Part shown: in pieces, positions 10,207 through 23,974 of the stretch | How positions within the stretch are numbered: position 1 is the first letter of the stretch | Layout: every line of letters begins with the position of its first letter | Position numbers and translations under genes: made by a program | Assembly: GCA_054600435.1 (NCBI GenBank) | Contig: BAAIJX010000008.1 | Coordinates: forward strand, 310,001-374,000 | Length of the DNA stretch: 64,000 nucleotides | From: Neophaeotheca triangularis | Taxonomy: Eukaryota | Direction of reading: 5' to 3' | The notes under the pieces: model-generated | The model's input: only the letters and a program-made list of their open reading frames with translations | What the model was told of the DNA's origin: nothing | Database searches by the model: none

Positions 10207-13007
10207 CTAAGAAACAACCCCTTTATCCCTATCCCTCCTCCCGAGCGAAAAGCTAAACCGACTCTTCTTCTTCCCCTGCCCCTCGACCGTAGGCCTCTCG
10301 CCGCCCACGACACTGCTTCGCGCGCTCGCGGCGGGCGTGCTGCTGCTCCTGCTCGCGGTGCGCGAGAGGGGTTCTTCGCGGCCGGAATCCACCACCACCC
10401 GGCCGGCGTGCGTGAAGTAAGTGCGTGGTTTGGAAGCCGAGGCTGTGCTGTAGTTTGTGCGGACCGAGGGCGGGCGGGAGGAGGTGATGTATGAGGTCGC
10501 GGTTGTGCCGTCGTCGGAGGTGGATTTGTCGCTGTCTGGGGGCGTGGTTTCTGGGGGAGGGAGGGGGTTAGTCGGCTGGCTTTTTGGGGATAGGAGGTCC
10601 GGGGGTTCCTGGGGAGCTTACCGTGGCTGCTGAGCGGGCTGCGGACCAGGGGCTGGTTGGTCGAGTACCTGCTCTTTACCGCTGGGCGCGGGATTTGGAC
10701 ACTCTGTTGGGATAGTCTCTGGTGAGCCATTGGAGTTTTCGATCCGAAGTGTACTGGGTTTGAGCCAGGCGTAAAGGCCGGGCCGCGGGATGCTTGGTTG
10801 TCAAGGGAGACGGGGCGTTGGGTTTGGGGTTTGCCGTTGGCGCCGTGGACATTGATGACACCTGGTCCATCTGTTAGGGGGATGTTGCCTTTGTAGGAGA
10901 AGAGCGCCGGGCTCCGGTCTGGGAGACCTTCAGCTGCCGTCAATTCGGGCACAGAATCCATGGTCATCATGCGGCGGGAAGTTGAAGGTTCCCTGGACAT
11001 TGTGGTGAGAGTGTTGTCGCTCATGCTTCGGGTAAGCTGTAGTGCGCTCGACGGACGAGCTCTCCGTGCTGGCCGACTTGGGCCTTTTTGGAGTTGCTCG
11101 TGATGTTCTGCGGTCACGGGAACGTCAAGTTTCCTTCCCTCCGGCTTCTGCGATTGCAGCTCTACTGCCGGAGCCTCGGGTTTCGACTGCTCGACTACAA
11201 AGCTCTCGACAGCTGTTCTTGGGGGCCGTGGCGGTGATTCTCGCTTTGCAGGCTGTAGTGCACCTTCACTAGCATCTTTCTCTGACCCTCTGGGTGAAGA
11301 TTTCGCTTGCTGAAAGTCTGGCAAGAAAATTTCACTGTGATCGAGCACTGGCGGTGCTTGTACAATCTCAGAAGCGTCCAATTCCACCATATTGCGGTAG
11401 TCTGGGATCGCTCTTTGCGGCTCAGGAGCCAGTATGCCGTCGTTGGCATGTCCGTACGCATGGTGCGTTTGACGCCCCGACACAGAAATGTCCGATTCGC
11501 GTCTCCTGGAGATTGCATCCGGAGACCACAGTGCGCCCATAATGTTGTGAGGCTGAAAGTACCCATGGGGCTGATGCATGACGGGTGCAGGCGATGCGCC
11601 TTGTGGAAAGGACGACTCAGCACCACGGGCAAGAGTTACAACGCGCCCAACAACTGCACCGTGCTCGTCCAACACCTCACCATTGGCGTTAGCCTTTTGT
11701 CTTACGCAGTCAACAATATTTCCCTCCACAAGCTCCCCGATTGGATCACCTTCCTCGTCCAGAATCCTACCGCTCTTATTGACCTTGAGGCCCTCGAGAA
11801 TAACAAGAGGTGGCATTGTCATGCGTTGAGAAGAAGACGAAGAATGAATTTGCGGCGACATCGGCCGGGAGAAGTGTGGTGGTTGTTGTGGTTGTTGGAC
11901 CGGTGCTACCGACCCCAGCATCGGCGAGACCATCTGCTCTGACTGCGGTAGTTGGTACGGTTGCTCGGAACGAGGGTCGCTTGATCCCCAGCCATTGGCT
12001 TGATGTTGCATATCTTCAGAAAATACCTCTGGTGCGTGCATATCCCTAGGGTCCGACGTCGGTCGCCATCCATTGGGTTGTGACTCGGCTTCCCGATCCA
12101 CAGGGTGCTGTACTTCCGGAGCATGTTGAGATTGTCTCCTAACGTTTTTAGGACCTTCTGGGAAGTCTTGGTGGGTAGCTGGATCAGAAGCAGGTGCTGG
12201 AGCCGGAAGTGGCTCTCGTACCGAAGCTGGAGCAGGTGGATGCGCTGGAGCAGGCTCGGCAGCGTCCTGGAACCGGGTCTGCTTCCGTGACTTGGAACCC
12301 ATCCTGGACCAAGTCCTAGACCTGCTTGCCCCAGCAACAGCGCCATTTTCACTCCTCGAACTGTATATGTCCTGGCTCTTCTCGGACATTGCAGCTGTGG
12401 TTGTCCCGTAATCACTCATTGCAGCTTCCGAAAACGCGGGCTCTTCCGAAAGATCGTCGCCTAACGACAGCTCCGGTAGGAAACCACTGTTGTTTCGGGG
12501 CAGCCTTCCCTTTGGCTCTTGTGAACTATTCCGCATGCTTGACCTCGCTGGCGCAGGTAGGTCTCTGGAGGAAAAGTAGCCACTGCCGTTTCGAGGCAAT
12601 TTGCCTGGAGTGGCACCGTTTAATAGCGGGGAAGAAGGAAGAGGAGGAGCGTCGGGATCTGTGGTAAAAACCTCGCCCTGTTGGAATCGCTGGGGAGATC
12701 CAAAGGGGCTTCTTTGCTGGCGACCGAATGGCGAGGGAGTTCGAGCAACTGGCGATTGGGGGGAGGATGGATGGGCTAACATCTGGGAGATGCTTGCTGT
12801 GGGCAGTCCTTCGCTCTTTCCGCTGTTCATGCGCATCTCATGTTGAAAGGATATCTGTCTGCGATTTGGCTGATTGGTCCCAAGAACCACAGAGTCCGCG
12901 CCGGCGTGACGAGGCACATGCTTGTAGGGCTCTGATACCGGCTTCTCCTCTTGTTTGGGCGGTGCCTGATTGGCCTGCTTGGACTTGCGTCTGGAGAAGA
13001 AGCCCAT
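10207..13007 (-). CDS. Large low-complexity protein with a DUF3659-like (fungal LEA-domain-type) repeat
   Basis: Starts MGFFSRRK. Contains VNKSGRILDEEGDPIGELVEG..ANANGEVLDEHGAVVGRV. Intron 10551-10621 joins a last exon ending ..KKKSRFSFSLGRRDRDKGVVS*. Confidence 0.7.
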
Positions 13008-13658
13008 TGTGCTGGTCGGCCGAGGCAAGGGAAGAGAGAGGTAAGCGAATGGAAAGTTCCGGTTGGGGGGAGGTATGAATGATTATTCCTATGCTCTGTT
13101 CTAGTGGCCGACCAAAAGGACGTGCGGAGAGGGGAGTAGGAATGCGATGGTTCAGAAAGCACAAGGAAACAAGGAAAGCATCGCAGGAAGTATGCTGAGA
13201 GACAAAAGGGATCCGGGAACAGTCACGGTGCGAGGGAGGGAGGGAGGGAGGGAGGGATGGAGTGAGGGGAGGGGGTGAGGAGAAGTGGTAGTAACCACTA
13301 CTAAGACGGAGCCAGGCCAGGCAGTCGTTGGCAAGCAGCATGAAGCATGCTCACTACTACTGAGTTAACTGTCGAGGCAGTGGAGAGTCCAGAAAGGGCT
13401 ACCCTTCCAAGACAAGGACCCGAGTGGTCGCGCAGGGGAGTGTGACAGTAGGAGGTGGTAGTAGTGCGAAGCCTCCGGGCGATGGCAAAGGTTAATCCAA
13501 CTTTGTCTGCACTGCTCTGCACATGTCTGCAGGCAGCCAGTCAGCCACTACGGTAAGCCCACTAGGAGGTACTTACCTACTACCTAACTTAATAATTACT
13601 GGTAATCATCACCGTGCGTCTGTTTAGGCGGGCGCACTACAATAGTAGTACCTTTGTA

Positions 13659-13682
13659 TTTCCATTTCCATTTCCATTTCCA
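13659..13682 (+). repeat. (ATTTCC)n short tandem repeat; (GGGA)n run at ~13234-13256
   Basis: Directly visible tandem units. Confidence 0.8.
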
Positions 13683-16600
13683 AGTCCTACAATAATACTC
13701 AATAATAATAATGATGGCGAATTACTAATCATGTATTCTTCAAATCTTTAACGAGACACCCCGTTGATTATTGTACCTACAAAACTAGGTAGTATTCCGT
13801 ATTTCAGTACATGTGCTGTACTAGGAGTCACCCCACCTCGGGCACGCTGCCTCTACACTCGATTTATCAACCACTAATTATTGCTTCTGCAAGGTCAGGG
13901 ATGACGAGTCAAGACGGATGTGCGGACATGTGGGCGATGCGAAGAATAGTAACATGTGCGGCGTGTCCTTGTCACCTGGAGGGGAGTAAGGTACTTTTAC
14001 TAGTAGCGGAGTGGAGGAGAGGGGGTCTGCTCGGCCTTGTCGGGTTTCTGTGGCCCGCAGCCCGCTGCCGAGACGGCAAGGTGCTCACTGCTGACTGGCA
14101 TGGCTGCCCTGCCTCCCGTCCTACCTTACTGAATCGCAGTGATGAAATGATCGTCGCGACAAATTAATCCCAATGTTTATCGCATTGTTTATTTGAAGCT
14201 CATCATCTCGTGGTACCTAGGTATATGGTATGTTTTGTTGGACGTGAATAACCTAGCGCACGCCATTGAGGTCAGGGACTCATCAGGATGGACTCAATAA
14301 TGACAACGGGCAAGAAACGTAAACGTGAAGATTCTTGGCAGGCACGCAGAGTTTTGGAATGCAGCTGCTAGCCTACCGTACCTGCCCTTCCTGGGTCATG
14401 TCGTCGTCCTTTTTGGGTAATCCCTTGAAAAAACACGATAACAACAATATTACGACCTCGGGACCCCCTTACCAGCCATGTCGCCACGAGGACTCGATGC
14501 CGACGCAGCGGTTCGTACGCCGTTGGCATGCATCATCGCGTAGAGCACGAGATGCACGGAATGTTCTCTCTTAGCATTTGTTCCCTCTTAGCATTGTGCT
14601 ACGCTACTAAGGCAGTATTATAGTCCAGTATGCCATTCTTAGACCGACTGTAGGTGCACTACTTCCAGTCTCCTATAAAGCAGCGAAGCGAAGAATGCTC
14701 GAGGTGTTGCATTATTACTGACGCACCGCTCGCCTAGCCCGACAAGCTATCGTCTAGATGCTCAAATCATCCAAACTTACACCTACTCATGGTTAAGTGC
14801 GGCACGGCGGGAGTTGATGCTAATCTTCACATCTACCGCACTCCGGCTCGCCATCAGCCGCCACAGGCCACAGCCCGTAGCGACGACAATGATTACGGGC
14901 GAGGTTTATTAAGTATTTGGCAGAAGACTGTGCACTGCCGCTGCCACACCCCGATACTAATCTTCATGGCAGACTGCAGAGCTCGAGCTAAGCGCGCTTG
15001 AAAAGCGTGGCCTGATTATTATTACACAGCAATTGCGCAGTCTTGCATGAGCGGGTGCGGAGTTGTCCATCTTATTGTCATTTGCATTCTAGCTCGTGAG
15101 TCGGGTCAATGGTTCGTGGCTTGGCCATGGCTGATTTTACTTCCAGTCGTTGAACTTGCAGCCCGTGAAATCCGATTCTCCCAAACTAACGGATTGCCTA
15201 GGTTGAAACAACTAAGTACACGCTAATGGATTCCTACGCGATACCCACGTGGAGGGGTAGGGTGACACTGACAGGAGAGAAGATCAAGCCTGATATGAGT
15301 TGATCTCTTGCAAGCTGCGACTTGTAGGCGCCAGTAATAGTATCAACAAGGTGTTGACGTTCTTCGAACAAAATTGAGTTCGTTGCTTGTCCAAACGTTC
15401 GAAACAATTAGATCGGTCGGATCGGGCTACGACCTTCTAGGGTGGACGCCCAATAGTGAGAAATACAGCCATTGCGGCAAACTCAAACGCATCCCCCCTC
15501 CCCCCCTCTCCACAACCAATCCTCCGAAGTCTCTGCCTAAAACCATGGATGCTTTCTCGGCTAGCGAAACAAAACAATATACAGCATGCACAATAACTCA
15601 AGAAGCCACCACTATAGTCTCGCGCGGCCAACGTCAGCGAAGACTTGAAGAACACGCGATTCGAGCATCTCATCAACAATGCCTCCAAGATTCAAAAATT
15701 CCCTGGTTCTGGTAGTCCGGTACCGACCAAAATTGTCTGCAAACTTCAAACGCCTCTTGACTCGGCGCGAGGTACTCCACAACTCTCGCCGACCCGTGGG
15801 CCGTGGCCGAGGACAAATTGCTGGGACTTCTTGTGCAGGCTCACAAGTTACAACTTTCCAAGTTTCTAAACCCGCGTATGTCCGCGCATGTGCGAGACGA
15901 CGGTGATCGATCATCTTGCACATGGCAGACTACCTAGTTGTAGCGATTGATGCAGTATTTCCCGCTGCTCGGGCAGTAGTTATCAATGTGTTGGTCGCAA
16001 GTAAGTGCCGTGTAGGAACTATAGGCCGTAAGACAGGGTGTTCAGTGGGTGTTCAAAAGTAGGTTGATGAACATGTGACCGAAGATGCCCAAACTCTGGC
16101 GTTGCCGCGTTTCCTACCATTTTCTCTAGAACAGGGTGTAGGTTTTGAGGGGCAGAGCCGCATCGTATTGCATCCCCATCGATCGCAATACCCGCAACGA
16201 GAGCCTCGATAAGCAAAGACAGCGGCCAGCCTAAGACGATTTCTGGGAAATCCAAAGAAATAGGTGGATAGCCTCATTGCGATGAGCAAAACAATCGCTC
16301 GAGTCGAGAGCTGTAACACTGTATTCGTTGCTTCAAGCACTACTTCCACTATGCGCTCCTCTTTTGGCTCAAGGAACACGTGCAACGACCTTTCCAAGAG
16401 CCAGCCAAACACCTCCCAGATTGCACGATGGAAGAGCAAACCCGCTTACAATTGCGTCTGGTAGCCACCTCTCTACATATCCGCATCGAAACTCGCCCGA
16501 TAGTTGTTCAGCTGAATACACTGATGCACTCTCGATGTAGCGCTCCTACCGCGACAAGACCCCCTTGCAGCCAACTCTTCCCCTCCCCGCGGCTCTCTCG

Positions 16601-17957
16601 ATCGACTCATGAAGAGTTGCGTTGGTTTATCCTGGGCGCTCACCGCTCTGCTCAATGCAGCACACATGCAATAGTTGGCATCCAGAGCTTGACTGGATGG
16701 GCCTCTTGGAAATAGCTCATGAGTATCTCGCACGAGAGGATAACCTCCTTCACGCGATATCAGACAAACAAAGGCAGGCCCCGACTATAGTAGCTTCTCG
16801 ACCTCGCTCGAGTTATACAGATGAGCACGCTACCTTTGATATGGCGTGTCATTGCGTCGAACCTATGCTCTCGCTACATGCCACGCGCGATTGAGCTCGC
16901 TGAATGATTGATAGGTGGTCGAAGGATACATACAGCCCAGGCGAGGACTTACACGCCGTGCGCCTCTCGATGTGCGTATCTTCAGGGAGCAGCACTGCTT
17001 CCTTGCCATTGGGAGTGAGCGGAGATGAACTTCGTGCTGGTTGAGGCACCCGCGCTACCTCACTGTCTGTGGGCGCATCTACGAGCACTGACTTGAGATG
17101 GACAATGATGTTCTGAGAGTATCCGCTATCAACGGCTTTGGCGACCGACTAGGGGCTGCCGGCTCTGCGACCAGCCATGTTAGGACGGGTCGATGGTCAG
17201 GTATTGGTGTTTTCTGCGTGGTTGTGGTCCGTAGTTCAGAGTCTGGCTGGGCCTGAGATTATCGCGCAAGAGACGAATCGCTCTTCGCGAGGAGGTCCGT
17301 TTGAGTGAGCGCTGGTGTGAAATGACTGCCATCTACCTCGCTGTCGGAAGTGACAGGACATTGCGAGTTATGATGGACATGTTGATATGTTGGCGACCTC
17401 TTTATCTGTGGACCTTCTTGGGTATGCGCCCAAATTTAGCGACTATCCAATGACGCAATGTGCGTCTGGACTCTTCAGCAGAGTGACGTTTCAGCGGCTG
17501 CTCTGCTCATCTCTACATACCCACCTACCCTTCTCTACTTGATCCTTTGCGGTTGACGTGTATCTCCATATCATCCCGGCACGAAACAAGCAAATATCAG
17601 CTTACTCCACGGCTTCGCGACGTGTCTTACTTAGGAAGCCACGCCTCTCCATTTCTCCGTTTGCCGAAGCGGCCCCCGCCAAGCCTTTGCCTTCTCCCGC
17701 CTTGGGAACCTTTCAAGCTTGCGCAATGCGCCGAAGCTAAATCTACCGAAACGCTTCGATCATCTACAACACGCGCACGCGACCTGGATTGTTGACTGCG
17801 ACCGACGACCACCTCTCCCGCTCGCTCCACGCAGGCGCATATCTGATCGTCTCCATCCCTATCGTCACCGTCGGCTAGCCTCGCCGCCCAAGGTCGTCGC
17901 GCGTCTCGGCGCACTACCGCCACAACGAGCGCATTCCGCGCCGAGGCTGCTGAACCC

Positions 17958-20900
17958 ATGGCCGGGGGCGGCGCTCGCCATCTCGCAGCCAAAGGCACCG
18001 CGCTCGAGCCTGACGACACAGAGGGGGACGAAGACCAAGGTGCGATGGCGCTCGCCAGCCAGTCTGTCGGCGGCGGCCAAATGATCAACCAACCCGTCCA
18101 CGACCGCAAGCGCGTCAAAGTCTATGAGCTAAAGAACAACGACTGGTACGACCGCGGCACGGGCTTCTGCACTGGCGAATGGATCGCGCAACCTCCCAAT
18201 GCGGTCGGCGACGTGCCGGACGCGCGCATACGGGTGCAGAGCGAGGATGACCCCAACCGGACGCTGCTGGAGACGCGCATCAACAAGGACGATGGCTACC
18301 AGAAACAGCAGGACACGCTGATTGTGTGGACTGAGGCGAATGGGGTGGACATGGCGCTGAGTTTTCAGGAAGCAGAGGGCTGTTCGGCGATTTGGGAATT
18401 TGTGTCGGATATCCAGACGAGGTTGAATGCGCTTGCGCCGGACGATGGTCTTAGTGATGACCTTCTAGATCCGGTGAATGCGATCATGTTGCCGGACCCG
18501 CAGTTGGGGAAACTGGACGAGATTGAGAATACCATGCGCGCTGCGTCGACGACACCCGCGGCTCGGGATGCATTGGCGAAGTTTGTTATGAGCGGAGAGC
18601 CAAACTACATTTTGAAACTTGCGCCGCTGGTGGAGTTGGCTGAAGAGCAGGAGAATTTGGAAGATCTGCATCGGCTGTGCAATATCATGAAGACGCTGAT
18701 ACTGCTGAACGACACCTCTATAATCGAGCATGTCGTGACAGACGGAGCCATTTACGGCGTGGTTGGCGCACTCGAGTGTGAGTGCACTGCGTGAGTACGA
18801 GTGCTGCGGCGGATTGCTAACAGTTTGCCAGATGATCCTGACTTCCCTTCGCATCGCGCAAACCACCGACAGTACCTCATCGAATCGTCGAAATTCAAAG
18901 AGATTGTTCCCCTCGAAGTCGACGAAATTCGCAACAAGATCCACTACACATACCGATTACTCTACTTGAAAGATGTCGTCCTAGCACGGATACTAGACGA
19001 CCCCACCTTTTCTGTCCTCAACTCGCTCATTTTCTTCCACCAAGTCGACATCATGAACCATCTGCAAGGCAATCACCCATTCATGCAGAAGTTATTCGCA
19101 ATCTTCAGGTCAGAAGACGACGACCATCAGTACCGGAAAAAGGAGGCGGTGTTGTTCATTCAAAACTGCTGCGCGGTTAGTAAGAATATCCAGGCGCAGA
19201 CAAGGGCACAGCTATACCAAAACTTCATTCAGCACGGGCTGTTTGGGGTCATAACGTTTGCTTTGAGGCATCATGATGCGAGTGTGCGCGTGGCTGGTAC
19301 CGACGTCCTCGTGGCACTCATTGATCATGACTCGGGCATGATGCGACAGCACAATTTCCAAGCGATCAAGGAGAAGACTGAGCCACTCACGGACACGCTT
19401 ATTGAACTGCTGCTTGTGGAGGTGGATCTAGGGGTTAAGAGCCAAATGGCCGATGCGATCAAGATATTACTGGATCTGTCTCCGCCACAGGGTACCCATG
19501 AGATGATGCGCGCTGGCGGCGGAATAGGTCCTAAAGCCAGAGGGGGAGGCGATCCAAACGGCCAAGGGATGCATGGTGGAATTGCTGGGCCTCAGACTGA
19601 GCAGTTCATCCAGGAGTTTTACAACCAGAGCGCGAAGCGTCTATTTCAGCCGCTCAAGGAGTTGGAGCACCGCATGTCCATGGCCAACCTTACCGTTCAG
19701 GAGACGAGCCTGTACACTCATCTTGTAGAAGTGCTCTGCTTCTTTGTCCGGCAACACAGCTACCGCAGCAAATTCTTCATCCTCGCCGAAAATCTCCACG
19801 CCAGGATCGCCCAGCTTCTCGCGTGTCCACAGAAACACATGAAACTCACCGCACTCAAATGGTTCCGAACCTGCATCGGCTTGCAAGACGAGTTCCACAA
19901 CCGGCAGCTCATCCAACACAGGCTCTTCGATCCCATCTTGCAAATAGTGTATGAGACGATGCCGCGGGATAATTTGCTCAACAGCGCATGTCTAGAACTG
20001 TTCGAGTACATTAAGCGCGAGGGAGTAAAGCAGCTACTTATTCACTTGGTCGAGCAGCACCGTGATCGTCTGATGGGCATCACCTATGTCAACACATTCC
20101 AGTCGCTAGTGCTGCGGTATGAGCAAATGATGGAACCACAAACGCTGCCCACAAACGGCACCGAAGACAGCTCCTTCACCACGCAAGAAAACACGCCCCA
20201 CAGATTAGCAAACGGGGCGCGCTACATCGGCCTCAAGGAGATGGACCCGCGAGAAGAGGCGTATTTCGACTCCGTCGGCGACGACGACGATGATGATGAC
20301 GACGACGAGCTACCCACACCCTCAAGCGCCAAACTCGGCATCCCGAATGGCGCCTCCCCAGGCCGTCCACTCGTCAGCTACGCCGACGACGATGACGACG
20401 AAGACGACGACGACGACGCCATGGACCTGCTCGCCTCCTCCCCGGACCCGCTCCACAGCAGCAAAAAGAGCAGCAGTGACCCGACCACAGCCGAAACCGA
20501 CCCGGACCCCGACGCCATGGACGAAGACCCAGCAACCGCCCCATCCGACCCCATAACCCCCGGCAGCGCCAGCAAAGACGACTCCCAACCTTCCCCGCCC
20601 GAATCCATCGCCACCAAGCGCCGCCGCGAAGAAGTCGACGACGACGAGATCGGCAAGATGATGGGCGCGGGCAGCAGCAAACGGCGCAATTCCTCCTCTG
20701 CGGCGTCGACGTCCTCGCAACAGTCCATCTCCGGCAAGACTGGCGCGATGCAGCTCGAGGGCGCCGGGGAAAATGGCGACGGAGGCGGTGGTGGTGGCGC
20801 CAGTGCCAACGGCGCTGCCCCGAAACCGAGTCACGGCCACATGCTACGGCGGAAGAGCAGTCTCAAGACCAAGAACGAGAGTGAGGCGAGCGCCAAGGGC

Positions 20901-20993
20901 AAGTTCGGCGTCAAGCCCGTGAGTTTCAAACTCAAGGGCGAGCAAGGGAAGGAAGAGGGTGAGGGTGAGGGCGGTGGTGGGGAGGATGGGTGA
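17958..20993 (+). CDS. PSY2: Serine/threonine protein phosphatase 4 regulatory subunit 3 (Psy2/SMEK, DUF625)
   Basis: EVH1-like N-terminus RKRVKVYELKNNDWYDRGTG..YQKQQDTLIVW..LSFQEAEGC. Intron 18778-18831 restores LEYDPDFP. Also YLKDVVLARILDD, RDNLLNSACLELF and an acidic tail. Start may be 18045. Confidence 0.92.
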
Positions 20994-22112
20994 GAAAAGG
21001 CTGTTTCGTTTCTTGAAAGTTGATTGCTTGATTGTGAGCGAGCGTGTTCTTTCTCATGGGCTTTTGCTTCTGTTCTTCGCCTTTTTCTTTAAACTTCACC
21101 CCCACGAGAACGAGAATGAAGGAATGTCGCAACGGGCGTCTTTGGTGTTGGTTGGGTTGCTTGTCTGAGATGAAGGGCGCTTTGCTGCCGATAGCAGCTG
21201 GGTCTATATTGCATTGCGAAAAAGATGCAGCGGTTGAAGGAGGAGAGAGACGTGGAGCGGCGTGGTGTTGCGTGGCTTTGTTTGTCGTGACAAGCTGCAA
21301 GGGAGCGGGACTGTCACGATGGCTTGGCGTGGTTGGGAGAAGGAGATATGTGTATGGATTGTATCATAGCTTCTGTGTCTATCTATGGACGAAAGAGCTC
21401 AGACGACGGCGGGTAGTTGCCAGTAGGTATGCTTGTACAGGGCGACGATGACCATCAATCAGCATTTGCTTCTTCGCTTGGGATTGTCATGTGTAGTTGA
21501 TCGACAATGCTTATGCTGGTATCACTCTGTTACTACTGGATGTTATACCAATGGAAGGTATTTGTATCGCATATCCTTGAGAGATTGCTACATCCCTGTC
21601 GAGGTCCAGACGCCAGCAGTAGTACATGTATACCTGTAGTACAAGTCAAAGTAAGGTCAACGTCGGCCGGGTGCGGTGCATAACAACATAAATAAGCGAA
21701 ACAAGCTAACTCGTTCTAGCTAAACCCAAGAACGAACGCCGGCCCCGAGCTCGACGACCCCACTAGTCTAGCCCTAGGCCTGCATAACGTTAATAGCATA
21801 GCATACTTTACCTTACCTTACCTTGGCCTTAAGGTTGATCTCAACTGCACAAGAAATTGCCCTCCCGCCGAGCCCCTCGAGGGGGAGGTAAGGTAGTTTC
21901 GTCTTCCAACGTCGTCAGCAAGACAAGATGCTCATCTAGCCACCCAACTCACATACCTACCTACATACATCAACCAACTAATCAACTTATTCTTCCACCT
22001 GCGAGCGACTTTTGGAGTCTTTGCGCTCGCGGTTTGCTCGGAAAGCTCCACGCGGGAATTTACCTCTCTCACTACCTAGGTACTCTCTCTACCTTGGTAA
22101 TAATATCAAAAC

Positions 22113-23387
22113 ATGTCTCAACCCCCTGGAGAAGTCTACACTTCCCGCACGACAGAAGATGCCAGCCCGGAAGAGATCGAGCCCGTCGAATCCTACGAGC
22201 GCATCAGCGTGCGGCCAAAGGGCACCGAAAGCGCTCCCTCGGCCTCGAGCAGCGCCTCCTCAACCGCCCCCGAACATGGCGCCGTCGAAATGACAGACGT
22301 TGCCGACGGCGACGACCCCCCGGGCGATCGCGCGGCCGCAATCGACAATGCCAAAGGCCGCTTCGGCTATCTTAAGACCAAACAATTCTGGCTCGTCCTC
22401 GCTCTATCCCAACTCCTCGCCGTCTCCATCACGGGCACCAACACCCTCTCCGGCCTCCTCGACGCAGAAGGCACCTCGATCCCCGCCTTCCAATCCCTCT
22501 TCAATTACATCCTCCTCACCCTCATCTACACCTCCTACACCTTCTACAAATACGGCGCCAAAGGCTGGGCCGCCATGGTCTACCGCCAAGGCTGGCGCTA
22601 CTTCATCCTCGCCTTCTGCGACGTCATGGGCAACTACTTCACCGTCCTGGCCTACCGCTACACCAACATCATGTCGGCCCAGCTCATCAACTTCTGGGCC
22701 ATCGCCGTCGTCGTCGCAATCTCCCTCATCTTCCTCAAAGTCCGCTACCACGTGGCCCAATACATCGGCATCGTAATCTGCTGCGGCGGGCTGGGGATCC
22801 TCGTCGCCAGCGACCAGCTCACCGGCGACGGCAACGGCCCCGTCCCCGACGAAGTCAAAGGCGACCTCTTCGCCCTGCTGGGCGCGACCTTCTACGGCCT
22901 CGCCAACGTCTCGGAAGAATACCTCGTCTCCAAGAAACCGCTGTACGAGGTCATCGGCCAGCTCTCCTTCTGGGCAATCCCCATCAACGGCGTCACGGCG
23001 GCAATCTTCGACCGCCAGAGTTTCCGCACCGCCACCTGGAACTCCCGCGTCGGCGGCTACCTGACCGGCTACACGCTCATCCTAACCTTCTTCTACAGCG
23101 GCGCGCCCCTCGTCTTCCGCATGGCTTCGGCCGCTTTCTTCAACATTGGCCTGCTGACGGGCAATTTCTGGGGCGTCATCGTGGGCCTGCATGTCTTTGG
23201 TCTGAGCGTGCATTTCATGTATCCCATCGCCTTTGTCTGCATCATACTCGGCTTGGTGGTTTATCACGGGACTGAGGGGGTGCTGGGCGAGGCCAAGAAG
23301 CCCTGGCTTGGTGTTGATCAGGCCGGTGGGAGTGATGGTATTGGCACTGCCAGGAGGCGTGTCGAGAATCCTAATGTTATTGTTTGA
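22113..23387 (+). CDS. SLC35F1/F2-like (DUF914) drug/metabolite transporter
   Basis: About 10 hydrophobic helices with motifs IPAFQSLFNY, AYRYT, GDLFALLGATFYG and SAAFFNIGLLT. Single exon. Confidence 0.85.
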   Translation: MSQPPGEVYTSRTTEDASPEEIEPVESYERISVRPKGTESAPSASSSASSTAPEHGAVEMTDVADGDDPPGDRAAAIDNAKGRFGYLKTKQFWLVLALSQLLAVSITGTNTLSGLLDAEGTSIPAFQSLFNYILLTLIYTSYTFYKYGAKGWAAMVYRQGWRYFILAFCDVMGNYFTVLAYRYTNIMSAQLINFWAIAVVVAISLIFLKVRYHVAQYIGIVICCGGLGILVASDQLTGDGNGPVPDEVKGDLFALLGATFYGLANVSEEYLVSKKPLYEVIGQLSFWAIPINGVTAAIFDRQSFRTATWNSRVGGYLTGYTLILTFFYSGAPLVFRMASAAFFNIGLLTGNFWGVIVGLHVFGLSVHFMYPIAFVCIILGLVVYHGTEGVLGEAKKPWLGVDQAGGSDGIGTARRRVENPNVIV

Positions 23388-23974
23388 AACGGAGGGGGTG
23401 AAGGTCACGAGAAACGGGTCATGTATCTGCTCTCTCTGCTGATGGCATCGCTGAGGTGTAGCTTACGGTTTCAACGATATATTATTACGATGAACGGGCG
23501 TGGCGCATTGCTTTTCAACATCTACACAGCACGCTTCTGTACATAGTGACCGCACTGGCTCCCAGGATTTCCCTAGTAGGGCAGGGCAGAAAACGAAAGC
23601 TTCATTGATTAAAGGTGCCTCCAGATCAATTCCTCCTGCCGCTACTACAGTCTCCGAACAAAACAAACAATCGCACTTTCCCCCGGGTATCCCATCCCAC
23701 ACACCACCGCAGCAGGTCTTCCACCTCATTTCCCCCAAAACACCCCCCCGGGACGTCCAGCCCAGACGACAAAGAAACCCCCTCCAAAAGTCCCAAACAT
23801 ACGAGAAACCAATTGCAAAACTATAAGTCCGCATCGCAAACGGAAAAAAAAGAAAAAGCCCTACCCCCACCCACCACATCCATCCCGCCCACACTAAACC
23901 CCAGATAAAAAGCGCGAGAGAATCCGGCCCTTCACACCCCTCACCTCGTCCTGTCAGCCCTCACCCACCGCGTG

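Noticed and set aside
13100..17900. Telomerase RNA locus in the long intergenic region
   Set aside because: No TAACCCTAA-type template found by eye on either strand.
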